A stretch of 63,606 bases of DNA, the filler included, from Welwitschia mirabilis (Eukaryota), in NCBI GenBank assembly GCA_051453625.1. It is 6 parts of one record of this genome, joined end to end, with 100 filler letters (N's around TTAATTAATTAA, not from the genome) between each part and the next. Parts side by side here need not be neighbours in the genome. Positions count along the whole stretch, not along the records: positions 20,443 to 36,663 come from JBOZIK010000001.1; positions 36,764 to 52,073 come from JBOZIK010000001.1; 4 more parts are not named here. The stretch is one strand, 5' to 3'. The notes under the pieces are model-generated. The model was not told the origin of the DNA, ran no database searches, and saw only the letters and a program-made list of their open reading frames with translations. The translations under genes and the position numbers were made by a program. Below are positions 34,660 to 48,427 of the stretch, piece after piece; within the stretch, counting starts at the first letter, position 1; every line of letters starts with the position of its first letter.

Positions 34660-35827
34660 TGTTGGTAACCTAAATTGTGCTTCAAAAGTAGTCAATTATA
34701 GAAATAATGTAATGGTAATTAGGCTTAGAGTAGGATGATTCAAAAAATAAAAGTCATAATCTGGAGAGCACAAGGCAACATACTAATCAAGCACATAATT
34801 TATAAAGAATAACCATTGAAATTTAAGTACAATCTCTTTAAAGTATTTTATATTTTGTTATGAAAAAAAGAACAAGAAAAATGCAACTATTTAATTATGA
34901 AATGCAGAATAAATGATAAATGATGAATGCAAGCCTAGGATAACCAATTTCGAGTTGTTACCATCTAAACTTAGCCCTTATGACCTACATTAAATTAAAA
35001 TTAATCTAAATGAAGGTATTAATCAAACATAACACAAGCCATAAGAGAAATAAGATGATTTAGAGAAAGAAGACATTTTATTCAATAATTCTAATGTCTT
35101 ACAAATACCTCANNNNNNNNNNNNNNNNNNNNNNNNNNNNNNNNNNNNNNNNNNNNNNGAACAATCTCTCCTAATGCTAAAATAGACCATTGAGGCCTTT
35201 GGATGCCTTTGTCACCAATTCTTAAATGTCAAAAAGATGCCTAAATAAGGTCAAATGGAAGTTTGTATAGTTTTCTAAGGTGGTTATGAGTCTAAAAATT
35301 TGTACAGGCAAAAAGGCATCATTAGAAATAAATTATACCTTAATTAACTTAGTTAGGAAGAAGTTATGATGCTGTCATGTTACTATCATCATGTGGATGA
35401 CATATGGCATGACATCCCTTCATCATCCAATCATAGGCTTCCCCATTGGGAGATCCTTGGCATTTGAATTTGAACTATAATGAATGTATCATTCCTTGTG
35501 TCATGTGGATGACATAAGGCATGATAGCATGAAGTTAGCACCACTTAGTCAGCAACTTCATAACCTTTTTCAATGTTATTATGGCCTATGTTGTGGGGAT
35601 GATAAGAGGAATGATAGCCAATTCTTTGAGATTTTTTTTTGATCTTTTCTCTAATATTTCCTTTATTAAATTCCTGCTCTTATGAATGAAAATATAGTAA
35701 TTAAGAACACAATTGAGTTATTGTACTACTTCATGATAAAGTTTCTAAAAATGACTAAATTTAGTTCTTTTTCCTATAAAACATCATCAATTAAAATATT
35801 AAGATATGAAAAATTAGTATCACAACA
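34660..35827 (-). mobile_element. Athila-like Gypsy LTR (family E) interrupting D copy 3
   Basis: TGTTG...CAACA termini. Internal TGTCATGTGGATGACA palindromic motifs. Followed by a degenerate PPT-complement and TAGTCCCT, as at 49786-49815. Confidence 0.5.
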
Positions 35828-36815
35828 TAAAATCACACCTAATGTTTTATTAGTCCCTTAAAAAACAAAGTAAAAGAGGACTTTACGATGGTAATTAATT
35901 AGGGAAAGAAAGCCTCAAGATCTAATTAAAAATCATTTTACATGTTTAGACACACTAGCAATTAAGATAAAGAAGTCATCATAAGAATAAGCATTACATA
36001 AATATCAACTACCAATTTAAGAACACTGTGTATGAGTATAATAGGGTGAAAGAGTCACAATTTTCATATAACTCAAACGATAAGACTACATTAGAAATAA
36101 TAAGTTTATGTATGAAGAGGAATGGAAGTCAACCTCCATATTAATATCTCTCTTACTACCTATCTCCACAGGTGGCTCAATGATAGACTCCTTAATGTCT
36201 GGAAAGTAGTAAGAGATGTGCTCTTATAAGCTAGATGTAGTGACATTGTGATAGATATGAAGCATCTCAGGGGTGCTCACTAAAAAATCCTACTAAATGT
36301 TTAACAAGGTAGCTTTACCCTACTTCTTTATAACTCAAACACATGCCTTCAACTGATCAAGTCATGTGGTCGTATGGACATGAAAATGCTCCATCTGATA
36401 AGATAATCTTTCATGAAAATTCTTCATTTGTAAAGATAATATTTGCTTCATGCTTTCTAATAATTCTATAAGATATTCAAGTGTAATACCTCCAGCTACT
36501 TAAGGCTATCTAGAAGGAGGTGGAGGTGGCTGAGCTATAGGGGCCTTACTAAGAGACAGTGGAGTCATACCTGGGATCTCTATCCCTAGTCTGTGAAAGT
36601 ATGTATCATTAGCTGAAATATGGACTAAATGAGGAGTATCTGCTAGGATAGGGATCTTGAATCNNNNNNNNNNNNNNNNNNNNNNNNNNNNNNNNNNNNN
36701 NNNNNNNTTAATTAATTAANNNNNNNNNNNNNNNNNNNNNNNNNNNNNNNNNNNNNNNNNNNNTTAATTGGGTTAAGCATGCTTGAAGATTGTTATCATA
36801 AGAAATAAGTTTAAG

Positions 36816-37412
36816 TTAATGGATTATCTTATAAGAATTATGAAACACATCGACTAGAAGCATAGATGTTTTGTCATAGCTGAGTTTACAAGGTGAGAAA
36901 CCCAAAGAATTATGCCAAGTCATATAATAAGCCCAAAGAACATTATTAAGATGGAGTATCCATGATTTTTGATACTTGTGATAAAGTTTTAAGAGTACTA
37001 TTTTGATTTCTCGATTAGCATTTTTAGCTTGTTCATTTGATTGAGAATGATAAGCATTAGCTATTTTATGTTTAATTTCAAATAAAAGTAAGAGTTTCCT
37101 AAGTATCTTATTAATAAAGTTAGTNNNNNNNNNNNNNNNNNNNNNNNNNNNNNNNNNNNNNNNNNNNNNNNNNNNNNNNNNNNNNNNNNNNNNNNNNNNN
37201 NNNNNNNNNNNNNNNNNNNNNNNNNNNNNNNNNNNNNNNNNNNNNNNNNNNNNNNNNNNNNNNNNNNNNNNNNNNNNNNNNNNNNNNNNNNNNNNNNNNN
37301 NNNNNNNNNNNNNNNNNNNNNNNNNNNNNNNNNNNNNNNNNNNNNNNNNNNNNNNNNNNNNNNNNNNTAGATCATTGGTACAAGCCACACTTTCTAGAAA
37401 AGTCAAAGGCAT
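36816..37412 (-). pseudogene. Gypsy integrase core fragment
   Basis: KHKIANAYHSQSNEQAKNANREIKIVL...WILHLNNVLWAY resembles Athila [23 protein letters not shown]...W...L.DALWAY. Spans an N gap. Confidence 0.8.
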
Positions 37413-39094
37413 CTTTAAATATTAATGGTTAATAGAATCCTGAATGTAATATTTTCATGGGAATATTGTATCCACTCAAATGACCTCTACAAATGTTTCC
37501 ATGACAAAGAATAAGGATATCTTTTTGCTTCCATTTGAAAACACATTTTTACATTACTTAATCTTTGCATCACCTATGTAGATATGGTTTGATCCATTCA
37601 TAGTTACCTATTCAATGGAGCAAAGATCTTTATTAACTTTTATTCCAATGTGAAGGTGTTTTGAGTGTGATAAGATAATTCATGATATTAGTGTACCAAG
37701 AAGTAGTTTTTTTTAAAGACACTTCACAAAATTACTCAACCATGAAAATTTGTTCCTCTAGAAAATCATCATAAATAGACTGATCAAAAGAATTGGGAGA
37801 AGGTGTGAAGGAATTCTAGAAAGATGATCAACTATTATATTTTTTTTCTACTTTATCCACTATCANNNNNNNNNNNNNNNNNNNNNNNNNNNNNNNNNNN
37901 NNNNNNNNNNNNNNNNNNNNNNNNNNNNNNNNNNNNNNNNNNNNNNNNNNNNNNNNNNNNNNNNNTCACTTCACAAAATTACTCAACCATGAAAATTTGT
38001 TCATCTAGAAAATCATCATAAATAGACTGATCAGAGAATTAGGAGAAGGTGTGAAGGAATTCTAGAAAGATGATCAGCTATTAGATTTTTTTTCCAACTT
38101 TATCCACTATCATCAAGTTAAATTCTTGTAATAAAAGTATCCATCATATAAGGGGTGTACTATAATATCTCTTTGTCATTAAATATATAATGTAGCATGA
38201 TTTATATAAACATTAAGTGTGGAAACCCATGAGGTAATGTCAAATTTTATCTAAATAAAAGATGATTGACAGCCTCTCATTTTTAGTAGTATTATAATTA
38301 AGTTGAGCATTAGAAATGGTTTTACTAATGTATCTAATTACTTTCATCCCTTTCTCATGTTTTTATCTTAACNNNNNNNNNNACTAATGTTGCACATTAG
38401 CTTAAATTCCTTATTCCAATCTAGTTCACTCATAATGGGTCCATTGGTAAGGATGTTTTTAAGATTCTTAGAAGCTTATTGAAAATCATCATTCCACCTA
38501 TACTTAAAATCTTTGTTCAAGAGTTCATGAAGTAACTTACAAATTTTTTTCATATCTTTTATTAATCTATAATAAAATTTGCAATGTTCCAAGACTGATC
38601 CAAGTTGTTTCACATTAGTAAGAGGAAAATGATTTTTAAGGACATCAATTTTTAAAGGATTCAGTTATATACATCTCATTAAAATATGATGTCCTAATAC
38701 TATCCCTTCATTGGTCATAAAATGGTTTTTTTCCCAACTAAGATGAAGTTTACTTTCAATACATCTTTCTAAGACTTGTGCTAAATGATTTAAAGTTTGA
38801 TTAAAATAATCTTCAAAGACTAAAAGAACATCCATAAAAATTTTGATAGAGTTCTGTACAAGATCACTAAAAACTCCCATCATAGCATGTTGAAAGATAC
38901 CTGAAGCATTACATAAATTAAAAGGCATTTTCTTAAAAACATAAGTATCAAAAGGAAAAATGAAAGTAGTCTTGCTTGATNNNNNNNNNNNNNNNNNNNN
39001 NNNNNNNNNNNNNNNNNNNNNNNNNNNNNNNNNNNNNNNNNNNNNNNNNNNNNNNNNNNNNNNNNNNNNNNNNNNNNNNNCCCAGGAGGTAATG

Positions 39095-39794
39095 TCAAAT
39101 TTTATCTAAATAAAAGATGATTGATAGCCTCTCATTTTTAGTAGTAGTATAATTAAGTTGAGCATTAGAAATGGTTTTACTAATGTATCTAATTACTTTA
39201 ATCCCTTTCTCATGTTTTTGTCTTAACTCTCCATCTATAGCAAGATTACTAATGTTGCACATTAGCTGAAATTCCTTATTCCAATTTAGTTCACTCATAA
39301 TGGGTTCATTGGTAAGGATGTTTTTAAGATTCTTAGAAGCTTGTTGAAAATCATCATTCCACTTATACTTAACATCTTTTTTCAAGAGTTCATGAAGTAA
39401 CTTACAAATTTTTTTCATATCCTTTTATGAATCTACAATAAAATTTGCAATGTTCTAAGACTGATCCAAGTTGTTTCACATTAGTAAGAGGAAAATGATT
39501 TTTAAGGACATCAATTTTTAATGGATTCAGTTATATACATCTCATTAAAATATGATGTCCTAATACTATCTCTTCATTAATCATAAAATGGCTTTTTCCC
39601 CAACTAAGGTGAAGTTTACTTTCAATACATCTTTTTAAGACTTGTGCTAAATGATTCAAAGTTTGATTAAAATAATCTTCAAAGACTAAAAGAACATCCA
39701 TAAAAATTTTGATAGAGTTCTGTACAAGGTCACTAAAAACTCCCATCATAGCATGTTGAAAGATACCTGAAGCATTACATAAACTAAAAGGCAT
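39095..39794 (-). pseudogene. Gypsy RT / RNase H fragments (duplicated at ~38231-38975)
   Basis: ORFs 39531-39794 and 39095-39418 carry MPF.LCNA..FQ, FMD, KSHFM.NE.IVLGH and AQLNYTTT motifs. The catalytic DD is degraded to DV. Confidence 0.85.
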
Positions 39795-41843
39795 TCTCTT
39801 AAAAACATAAGTATCAAAAGGAAAAAAGAAAGTAGTCTTGTCAGATCTTCATTTTCAATACATATTTGTTGTATCTACTATTACCATCAAGGAAATAGTA
39901 GAATGCATGTCCTGGTATTCTATCCAATATTTGATCAAGAAAAGGGAGAGGATAGTGATCCTTTTTTGTTACATTATTAAGTCTTTAGAAATCTATGCAC
40001 ATTCTTCACTTATTAACCTTCTTAGATACAACTATTAATGGGCTAATCCACTCACTATCACTTATAGGATACATGATGTCAGCATCTAAACATTTCATAA
40101 TCTCATCTTTAACCACTTAGTTTAGTGTTGAATTTAGATGTCTTTGGGGTTGCCTTATGAATCTTGCATTATCCTCTAGGTATATCTTATTTTGAATAAT
40201 ATATCATGGAATAGGAGATAAGTCCTTGTAACTCCATGAAAAAGCTTTTAGATTTAGATGTAAGAAGTGATATTAAGACTTTCTCAAATTTGGGGTAGAG
40301 AAGACTACTAATGATTAATGACTTTTTAGGGTTATTGTTGATAAATATGTATTTTAATCCCCTTTTTAAGCTCCTTTAAATTCATTTCAAAGTTGACTCC
40401 TTCATGTCTATAAGGGGTTACATAACCATTCTTATCAAAGGTTGTTTCCATGACCTTTGCTTCTTCTTTATCTTGGGTTGNNNNNNNNNNNNNNNNNNNN
40501 NNNNNNNNNNNNNNNNNNNNNNNNNNNNNNNNNNNNNNNNNNNNNNNNNNNNNNNNNNNNNNNNNNNNNNNNNNNNNNNNGTCTATAAGGGGTTACATAA
40601 CCATTCTCATCAAAGGTTGTTTTCATGACCTTTGCTTCTTCTTTATCTTGGGTTGTAATATTATCAAAGTTTTCTTTTATTAGGGGTCCTATAGTACTAT
40701 CAAGTTAATAAAGGTTGATAGAATTAAGACTACTTAAGATTGTTAAGAATTCCTTCATATCATTAGAAAGAGTTGGTTGTTCATGGGGGAGGGCCTTTAA
40801 TTCAAGTGAATAATGAGATACAAATATAACTTATTTAATATCTTTACTAGGCTCATCATTTGAATCCCTCATGTCTTTTTCTACTGCACTAAAGACCTAA
40901 ACTTGAATCTTTTTACTAACTATGTGAAGTTCCATGATTTTAGTTCTAGTATCTATAATGCAATGGGTAGTAGCACAGAAAGCTCTACCTAAAAGCAAGG
41001 AATACCCATCATTATGATTAATTTTAATAATTACGACATCTATGGGGTAATAGGATTTCTCTATTTAGACAACCAAATCTTTGATGATTCCAATAGGCTT
41101 TCTTAATATTAAATCTATCATTTCAAGACAATATTTATTGGTTTAATTTAATTTTCTAGTCCAAAGATTTTTTAAATATGTAGGGCCATGATGTTCGCAC
41201 TTATATCAATAATATCCTTTTTAAACTTCTTATTACCTTCTAATATCACACTAATATTTGCTACCCCTGAATCTTTGAATTTTGGACACTTTGCAATATC
41301 AAGTTAGCCATAGATTGAGCTAAAAATACTTTACTTGGTAATGTTTATTTTTTATTTCTCCTACAAAGGTCCTTCCACACTTTGATATACTTTGGGTTGT
41401 TTTGAAATATGCACCAAAATGATAGTATGGAATTGGCATCTTTCANNNNNNNNNNNNNNNNNNNNNNNNNNNNNNNNNNNNNNNNNNNNNNNNNNNNNNN
41501 NNNNNNNNNNNNNNNNNNNNNNNNNNNNNNNNNNNNNNNNNNNNNAGGATAAATGATGTCAGCATCTAGATGTTTTATGATCTTGTCTTTAACCACTTAT
41601 TTTAGTGCTGAATTCAGACGCCTTTGGGGTTGCCTTATGGGATTTGCATTGTCCTCAAGGTATATTTTGTGTTGAACGACATGTGCTGGAATAGGAGATT
41701 AGTCCTTGTGACTCCAGGCAAAGCCTTCAGATTTAGATGTGAGGAGTGACAGAAAGGCCTTCTCTACTTTAGGATAGAGACAACTACTAATGATTAATGG
41801 CTTTTTGGGGTTATTGTTGATAAAGATGTACTTCAATCCCTTT

Positions 41844-42668
41844 TTAAGCTCTTTCAAATTCATTACAAAGTTGACTCCTTCTCAAATTCATTTCAAAGTT
41901 GACTCCTCCATGTCTATGAGGGGTTCGGTAACCATCCTCATCAAATGTTGACTCCATAGTTTTTGCTTCCTCTATGTCTTGGATTGTAATGTTGTCAAAG
42001 GTTCTTTCCATTGGGGGTTCCATAGTATTGTCGAGTTCACAAGGGTTGATGGAATTAAGACTACTTAAAATAGTTGAGAATTCCTTCATATCATCAAAAA
42101 GAGTTGGTTGTTCATGAGTGAGGGATTCCAATTCAAGTGAATGATGTGGTACAAAAATAGTTGATCTAATATCTTCACTCAATTCATCATTTGGATCTTT
42201 TGTGTCTTTTTTTGCTGTGTTGAGAACTTGAACTTGAATCTTTTTGCTTTCTATATAAAGGTTCATGATTCCTATTCTAGTGTCTATGATGCAATGGGCA
42301 GTAGCACAAAAAGCTCTACCTAAAAGCAAAGGATGCCCGCCATCGTGATTGATCTCAATAATTATGATGTCTATGGGGTAAAAAGCTGCTTCTATTTGGA
42401 CAACCAGATCTTTAATAATTCCAATGGGTTTTCTCAACATTGAGTTAGCCATTTCCAAGACAATTTTAGTTGGTTTAATTCGCTTTTCTAGTCCAAATGT
42501 TTTGCAAATATGCAGAGGTGTGATGTTCACATTTCCACCTATGTCTATAAGAGCCTTCTTAACCTTTTTGTTGCCTTCTAATATCACAATAATGGTTGCT
42601 GCCCTTAGATCTTTGAATTTTGGACACTTTTGTAATACCAAGTTGGCCATAGATTGAGCTAAAAACAC
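41844..42668 (-). pseudogene. Gypsy aspartic protease region, 274-aa open fragment
   Basis: PKFKDLRA..KALIDIGGNVNITP..LEMANS..KPIGIIKDLVVQIE..YPIDII..LLLGRAFCATA..ID matches the Athila protease pattern. Confidence 0.85.
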
Positions 42669-43499
42669 TTTACTTGGTAATGTTCGTTTTTGCTTCCTCC
42701 TACAAAGATCCTTCCAAACTTTGGCATATTATGCATTGTCTTGAAGTATGCGTCAAAATGGTAGTGTGACATTGACATCTTTCATGATGGTTTTGATATT
42801 TTCATCATATGTTGGATTGGAGTTGAGTCTATCCAACCAAGGAGTGAGATGTTTTCTTCCTTTCTTTGATGATTCATCCTTATTTGTTAGAGTAGAAGTA
42901 GAAGGAAATTATGTCTTAATAAGCATTTCTACATCTTCATCCTTATTTTCTTTGATGTTATCATTTTTAGGGGGCTCTTCTAGTGTAGGAATAGTACCTC
43001 TTCGGGTGACCATGTTTTAATATTTCTTTACATCATTTGAGTTAGGTAAGGTATTGAAATATGACATGTCTTATGGTCTTTGGTTTACTAACATAACTTG
43101 TTGCATAACTTCAGCTAAATCTTGTATGCTTTTTTGGGTTTGCTCAATACTCTTATGAGTCCGTTCATGGATGTTTCTTATCTTTATCATGACTTTTTTA
43201 ATTGAATCCTTCTTAGGTTAATTCTATCCTTTATATCTTAGGTTATATGGTTGTTTGAAGGAGGATTTATACTTAGTTTTAAAGGAAGGACTTGATTGAT
43301 GACATGGTTTCTTCTCATCATGGTAATTTCCTTTGTAGTAATTAAGATTTGCTTAGTTTGCATAGCACACTTCTTTCCTCACTACTTTCTTTACTATTGA
43401 TTAAAATGGAAATTTAGTGACTATTGTGATGTATATTTTTGTAACTTATTATCTTACTCAAATCCTTTTAATTAAAAATCTATATATTTCAAAATACAT

Positions 43500-44680
43500 A
43501 CTCTAGTATCAATGGAAGTGAACCAAAATGTCATAACCCATTGAAGACTTATGAGAGAAAAATGAGAATTGATTTTTGAAGAGAATATGGTAACTGAAAC
43601 TTAAGAATCAATGCAAGAAATAAAGATGCGATATAATGCGAATATAAATAAATCTAAATGAAATCCAAAATGAATCTAGTACTACCTTTTTTAGCACTAA
43701 TAAAGGTTTCCCTTAAGACCTATATTATCAATGAAACTATCACTAGATCAAAGATAATATAAACCATAAGGGAAATATGATAGAACTAAATGAATAATTA
43801 AAATAGAGTTTTATATTAAAAGTAGAACCAGCATCTAGATTATAAAATAGCTGAGCTTCAATGGAGGATGCATAGCCCTTCATTAAGGGAATGTCTTTCT
43901 ATAACTCTTGAGATGGATCTCTATCCCTTTAATCTCTTGTCATGAGAATGTCTAGTGTAAATGAAGATGGATAGGAGAGTCGAACGAGAGTTCTATTTAT
44001 AGGGATAAGAAGTGAAACTGTCACATAAATGGCATTGCAAAACATGCTCAATTATAAGAAAGAAATGAATAAAACAGATAAAGATTAACTAGTGGCTACA
44101 ATTGTTGTACTATCTGTCATGAGGACAACAAAGGGAATAATGGCTTAAACATTACATTTGTCATATTGCATATCATGCGGATAACCATGGGGATGAAAAT
44201 CCTTTAGAAAGATGACTTAGTAGTACCAACTCCAATCTAATTAGCACTTTCATATGGCATCTACAGTGTTGTCCTTNNNNNNNNNNNNNNNNNNNNNNNN
44301 NNNNNNNNNNNNNNNNNNNNNNNNNNNNNNNNNNNNNNNNNNNNNNNNNNNNNNNNNNNNNNNNNNNNNNNNNNNNNNNNNNNNNNNNNNNNNNNNNNNN
44401 NNNNNNNNNNNNNNNNNNNNNNNNNNNNNNNNNNNNNNNNNNNNNNNNNNNNNNNNNNNNNNNNNNNNNNNNNNNNNNNNNNNNNNNNNNNNNNTGCAAA
44501 ATAGCTCATAAAACCCCATCAAATACATATAATTTGGCAATGCATCATATCCCTTTGCTTAATGTTTATTAGTTTATAATAAAAACTAGGTAAACAACTA
44601 TAATTACAAGCTAAATTATCTTAAAAAAATTAATCTGGATATTATAAAATAAGCTCATAAATAATCTTAAACACATACAT
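43500..44680 (-). mobile_element. Probable 5' LTR of the Athila-like element
   Basis: Upstream of gag on the minus strand. CTATTTATAG at about 43993 and TGTCATG/GGACAACA palindromic motifs like the LTRs at 34660 and 48428. Ends approximate. Confidence 0.4.
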
Positions 44681-47159
44681 AGAAAAATAACATTTAATCC
44701 ATAATGTATATGGAATGAGAATTTCAAAAATTATGTCTTATAAAAGCTCTAAAATAACTTGAAAAATTATGAAAATGAGTCATGAAGATGAGTCTTGCCT
44801 TTCCCCAAGAAAAATAATATGTTCTATATTGGTTAATAAGACAAAAAAAGTAGATGGGAATGAGAAGTCAGATGATGGATGCTTTAAATTTGGATAACTC
44901 TTTAAATTAAGTATAAACCTGAGCATAGAAATATTACNNNNNNNNNNNNNNNNNNNNNNNNNNNNNNNNNNNNNNNNNNNNNNNNNNNNNNNNNNNNNNN
45001 NNNNNNNNNNNNNNNNNNNNNNNNNNNNNNNNNNNNNAGTCAGATGATGAATGTTTTAAATTTGGATAACTCTTTAAATTAAGTGTAAACCTGAGCATAG
45101 AAATATCATATTTAAAAATTAGAAATATATGAAATATTCTGACAAGCCTGAAGAAAATAATTAGTGAAAATATACTAATTAGGATGAAGCAGATCAATGA
45201 AAGCTCAACAAATGTGCTGTCACAAACATGATTAAGAGCAACATTTAAAACTCTAGAAGACTAAAAATAAACATCACAAAATTGTTAAGGAAACTTATCA
45301 AGTAAGAAATTAACTCTTTATTAAACACCAAATAAGAAAATCATTAAATATTAAGGTCCTAATGATAAGAAAATAAAAAAATGACTTTGAAACAACTAAC
45401 TAAACCACACAAGAAAGAAAAAAGAATGGACATAAGGTAATATAAAAAAGATAGCCTACCCGTCCAAAATTTTTACCTAGCAGACTTCTATAGAAGAAAT
45501 CATAACATCACTTAATTTTAAAATGCATGATTTAATGTATAANNNNNNNNNNNNNNNNNNNNNNNNNNNNNNNNNNNNNNNNNNNNNNNNNNNNNNNNNN
45601 NNNNNNNNNNNNNNNNNNNNNNNNNNNNNNNNNNNNNNNNNNGGATAACTCTTTAAATTAAGTATAAACCTGAGCATAGAAATATTACATTTGAAAATTA
45701 GAGATATATGAAATATTCTGACAAGCATGAAGAAAATAATTAGTGAAAATGTACTAATTAGGATGAAGCAGATCAATGAAAGCTCAACAAATGTGTTGTC
45801 ACAAACATGATTAAGAGCAACATTTAAAACTCTAGAAGACTAAAAATAAACATCACAAAATTGTTAAGGAATCTCATCTAAGCAAGAAATTAACTCTTTA
45901 TTAAACACCAAATAAGAAAATCATTAAATGTTAAGGTTCTAAAATGATAAGAAAATATAAAAATGACTTTTAAACAACTGACNNNNNNNNNNAGAATGGA
46001 CATAAGGTAATATAAAAAAGATAGCCTACCCACCCAAAATTTTTAACTAGCAGACTTCTATAGAAGAAATCATAACATCACTTAATTTTAAAATGCATGA
46101 CTTAATGTATAAAAAAAATTTCATTCAATAAAGCAATGGTTATGATGATGCTAAAAATCAAATCCTTTAAATAATAAGTGATAAGATCAAAGAGTCACTT
46201 AAAAATGAACTTATCTACTTACATCTCAAAACAAACACCTATATCCTTAGAAATTAAATGATCATGTGGAAAGACTATGAGTCTAGAAAATAAGCAATGT
46301 CTCTGATAATACCAGGAACACCACTAATTTCATAGCCTTAAAGTTATTATTATTTATTATTTAACTATCTGTGATGAGGGGAGTGCAACCATAGTAAGAG
46401 AAGTAAGGACCCACAAAGCATGGCTAATTGTCCTCCTAGTAGAGTTCCCACAGCTACCATATTACATTGCTAAAGGCTCATCTTGAGAAAATTTGCCTTT
46501 TTGTACTTGTGGTAGGACATTAGAATGACCATGTTTTTAAGCTATCTCAAATATAAAACATCATGGCCTTATTTTACTTTTTCCCTCATAATTAAAAAGA
46601 CATTTCACATGACCAAATAATCCAAAAGACAAAGGTGAAGTGATAAGATAAAAGACAAAAAAGAATATCCCTAAATAATATAAGGCCTTTTAATTATTTA
46701 GAAAAACATAAAAGATAAAGAATCTTCCTTCAAACTGAAGCTCATAGACATGTGAATGTCTTAAGATTGGATGAATCTAATCTTACCACTATAAAATATC
46801 CAAGTCAAAGACTAGTCATGAAAATAAATACATATCATATTTGAAAGATAATCAAGTAACATCCTAATGGCCTCTAAAGGAAAAAGCTTAGAAAAAATTT
46901 AGACAACGATAGAGAAGAAGTCCTTCTCATCAAGGGGAACCTCTAAGGATAGTGCTTCTATCATGTTTATATCAGAAGGTTGCTCATATATTTTCAACCT
47001 CTATCCATTAACTTTTTGAATTTCTTTNNNNNNNNNNNNNNNNNNNNNNNNNNNNNNNNNNNNNNNNNNNNNNNNNNNNNNNNNNNNNNNNNNNNNNNNN
47101 NNNNNNNNNNNNNNNNNNNNNNNNNNNNNNNNNNNNNNNNNNNNNNNNNNNNNNNNNAA

Positions 47160-47800
47160 AATACCAAAGAAAAATTAAAAAAATTTTATTCAAATCCTAA
47201 AATCTATTCAACACTTTTATTAAAAAGAAAGAAATATTGTTTAAAGGCTATGGTCTTGGATATTATGATCTTTTAAAAAAATAAGAACTAAAACAAATAT
47301 TCATCAATTGATAAAATATAAAAGGTATATGATTATTTTTGAGTAAAAGCAATTGGAGGAAAAGAGTAGAAAGATAAAACTTTGATAACAGAAATTTTAA
47401 AATTCAAATAAGAGATAAAGATATGACAAGTGTCATTGATAAATAATCTCTTATGAAAACTTTGTGAATCATGAGTATCATTATAAAATACATGCAAGGA
47501 GGTACTCAAACAAAGTATCTAAGAAGGTTCTAAAGGCTCTTTAAAATTAAGAAGCTTTCTATCATTTATGTGGATTTTCAATAAGAAAATAAGGCTTTTT
47601 CAATTATCATGACCACATGATATTTTGTCTTCACAAGATTTAGCAGCACTACAAGAGATAAAAAATTCATATAAGTTATGAAAAGATAATCTTTTATCAA
47701 ATTCATGATATAAGGATTTTAAAACATAAATTGCATTCAAAGCTTAATATTAAACATGGGAGACATTAAGGGTATTATTTGGAATCTAAGACTCTATGAA
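47160..47800 (+). mobile_element. Possible decayed SIRE-like gag remnant
   Basis: Faint KKVLKAL, ENK-like and degraded zinc-knuckle-like segments. Many stops. Confidence 0.3.
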
Positions 47801-48427
47801 AAAATTCTTAGATTGAGTGATTAAGATAGGTTTAACATACCAAAAAAGCTTTTTAACATTTAATTCTAAGCATGAATTTTGATTAAAAAGGTAAGATTTA
47901 CCCCAATTTAGAGTTCCAAGATATTCCAAGTTCTATTTTTAAAAAGAGTAATAATTAAAAGTGCAAGTTAGAGTTGTTTTTGCAAAAGAGGAAAAGATGT
48001 TACTTTTTATAGCACATAAAGTTTTAAATAAAAATTATTAAGAGATTTTTAGAGTAGAATTCTCAAAGTGATGTGTTTCATTAAATTTAAGGAGAGGGAT
48101 GTGATTTGGAAAATTACTTAAATATTCGAATGAAAGAAAGGGAAAAATATTATCATTGTTANNNNNNNNNNNNNNNNNNNNNNNNNNNNNNNNNNNNNNN
48201 NNNNNNNNNNNNNNNNNNNNNNNNNNNNNNNNNNNNNNNNNNNNNNNNNNNNNNNNNNNNNAAATTATTAAGAGATTTTTAGAGTAAAATTCTCAACGTG
48301 ATGTATTTCATTAAATTTAAGGAGAGGGATGTGATTTGGAAAATTACTTAAATATTTGAATGAAAGAGAGGGAAAAAGATTATCATTGTTAGGATCATAA
48401 GATAATTTAAAGCAGAAGTAGAAGGAG

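Larger units (their letters stand above)
36764..43400 (-). mobile_element. Degenerate Athila-like Ty3/Gypsy gag-pol (gag-PR-RT-RH-INT order), partly duplicated
   Basis: Protease ALIDIGGNVNI and LLLGRAFCATA; RT MPFSLCNASGIFQ..FMDV; RNase H YISKTISNAQLNYTTTKNE; integrase AYHSQSNEQAKNANREIK. Confidence 0.9.
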
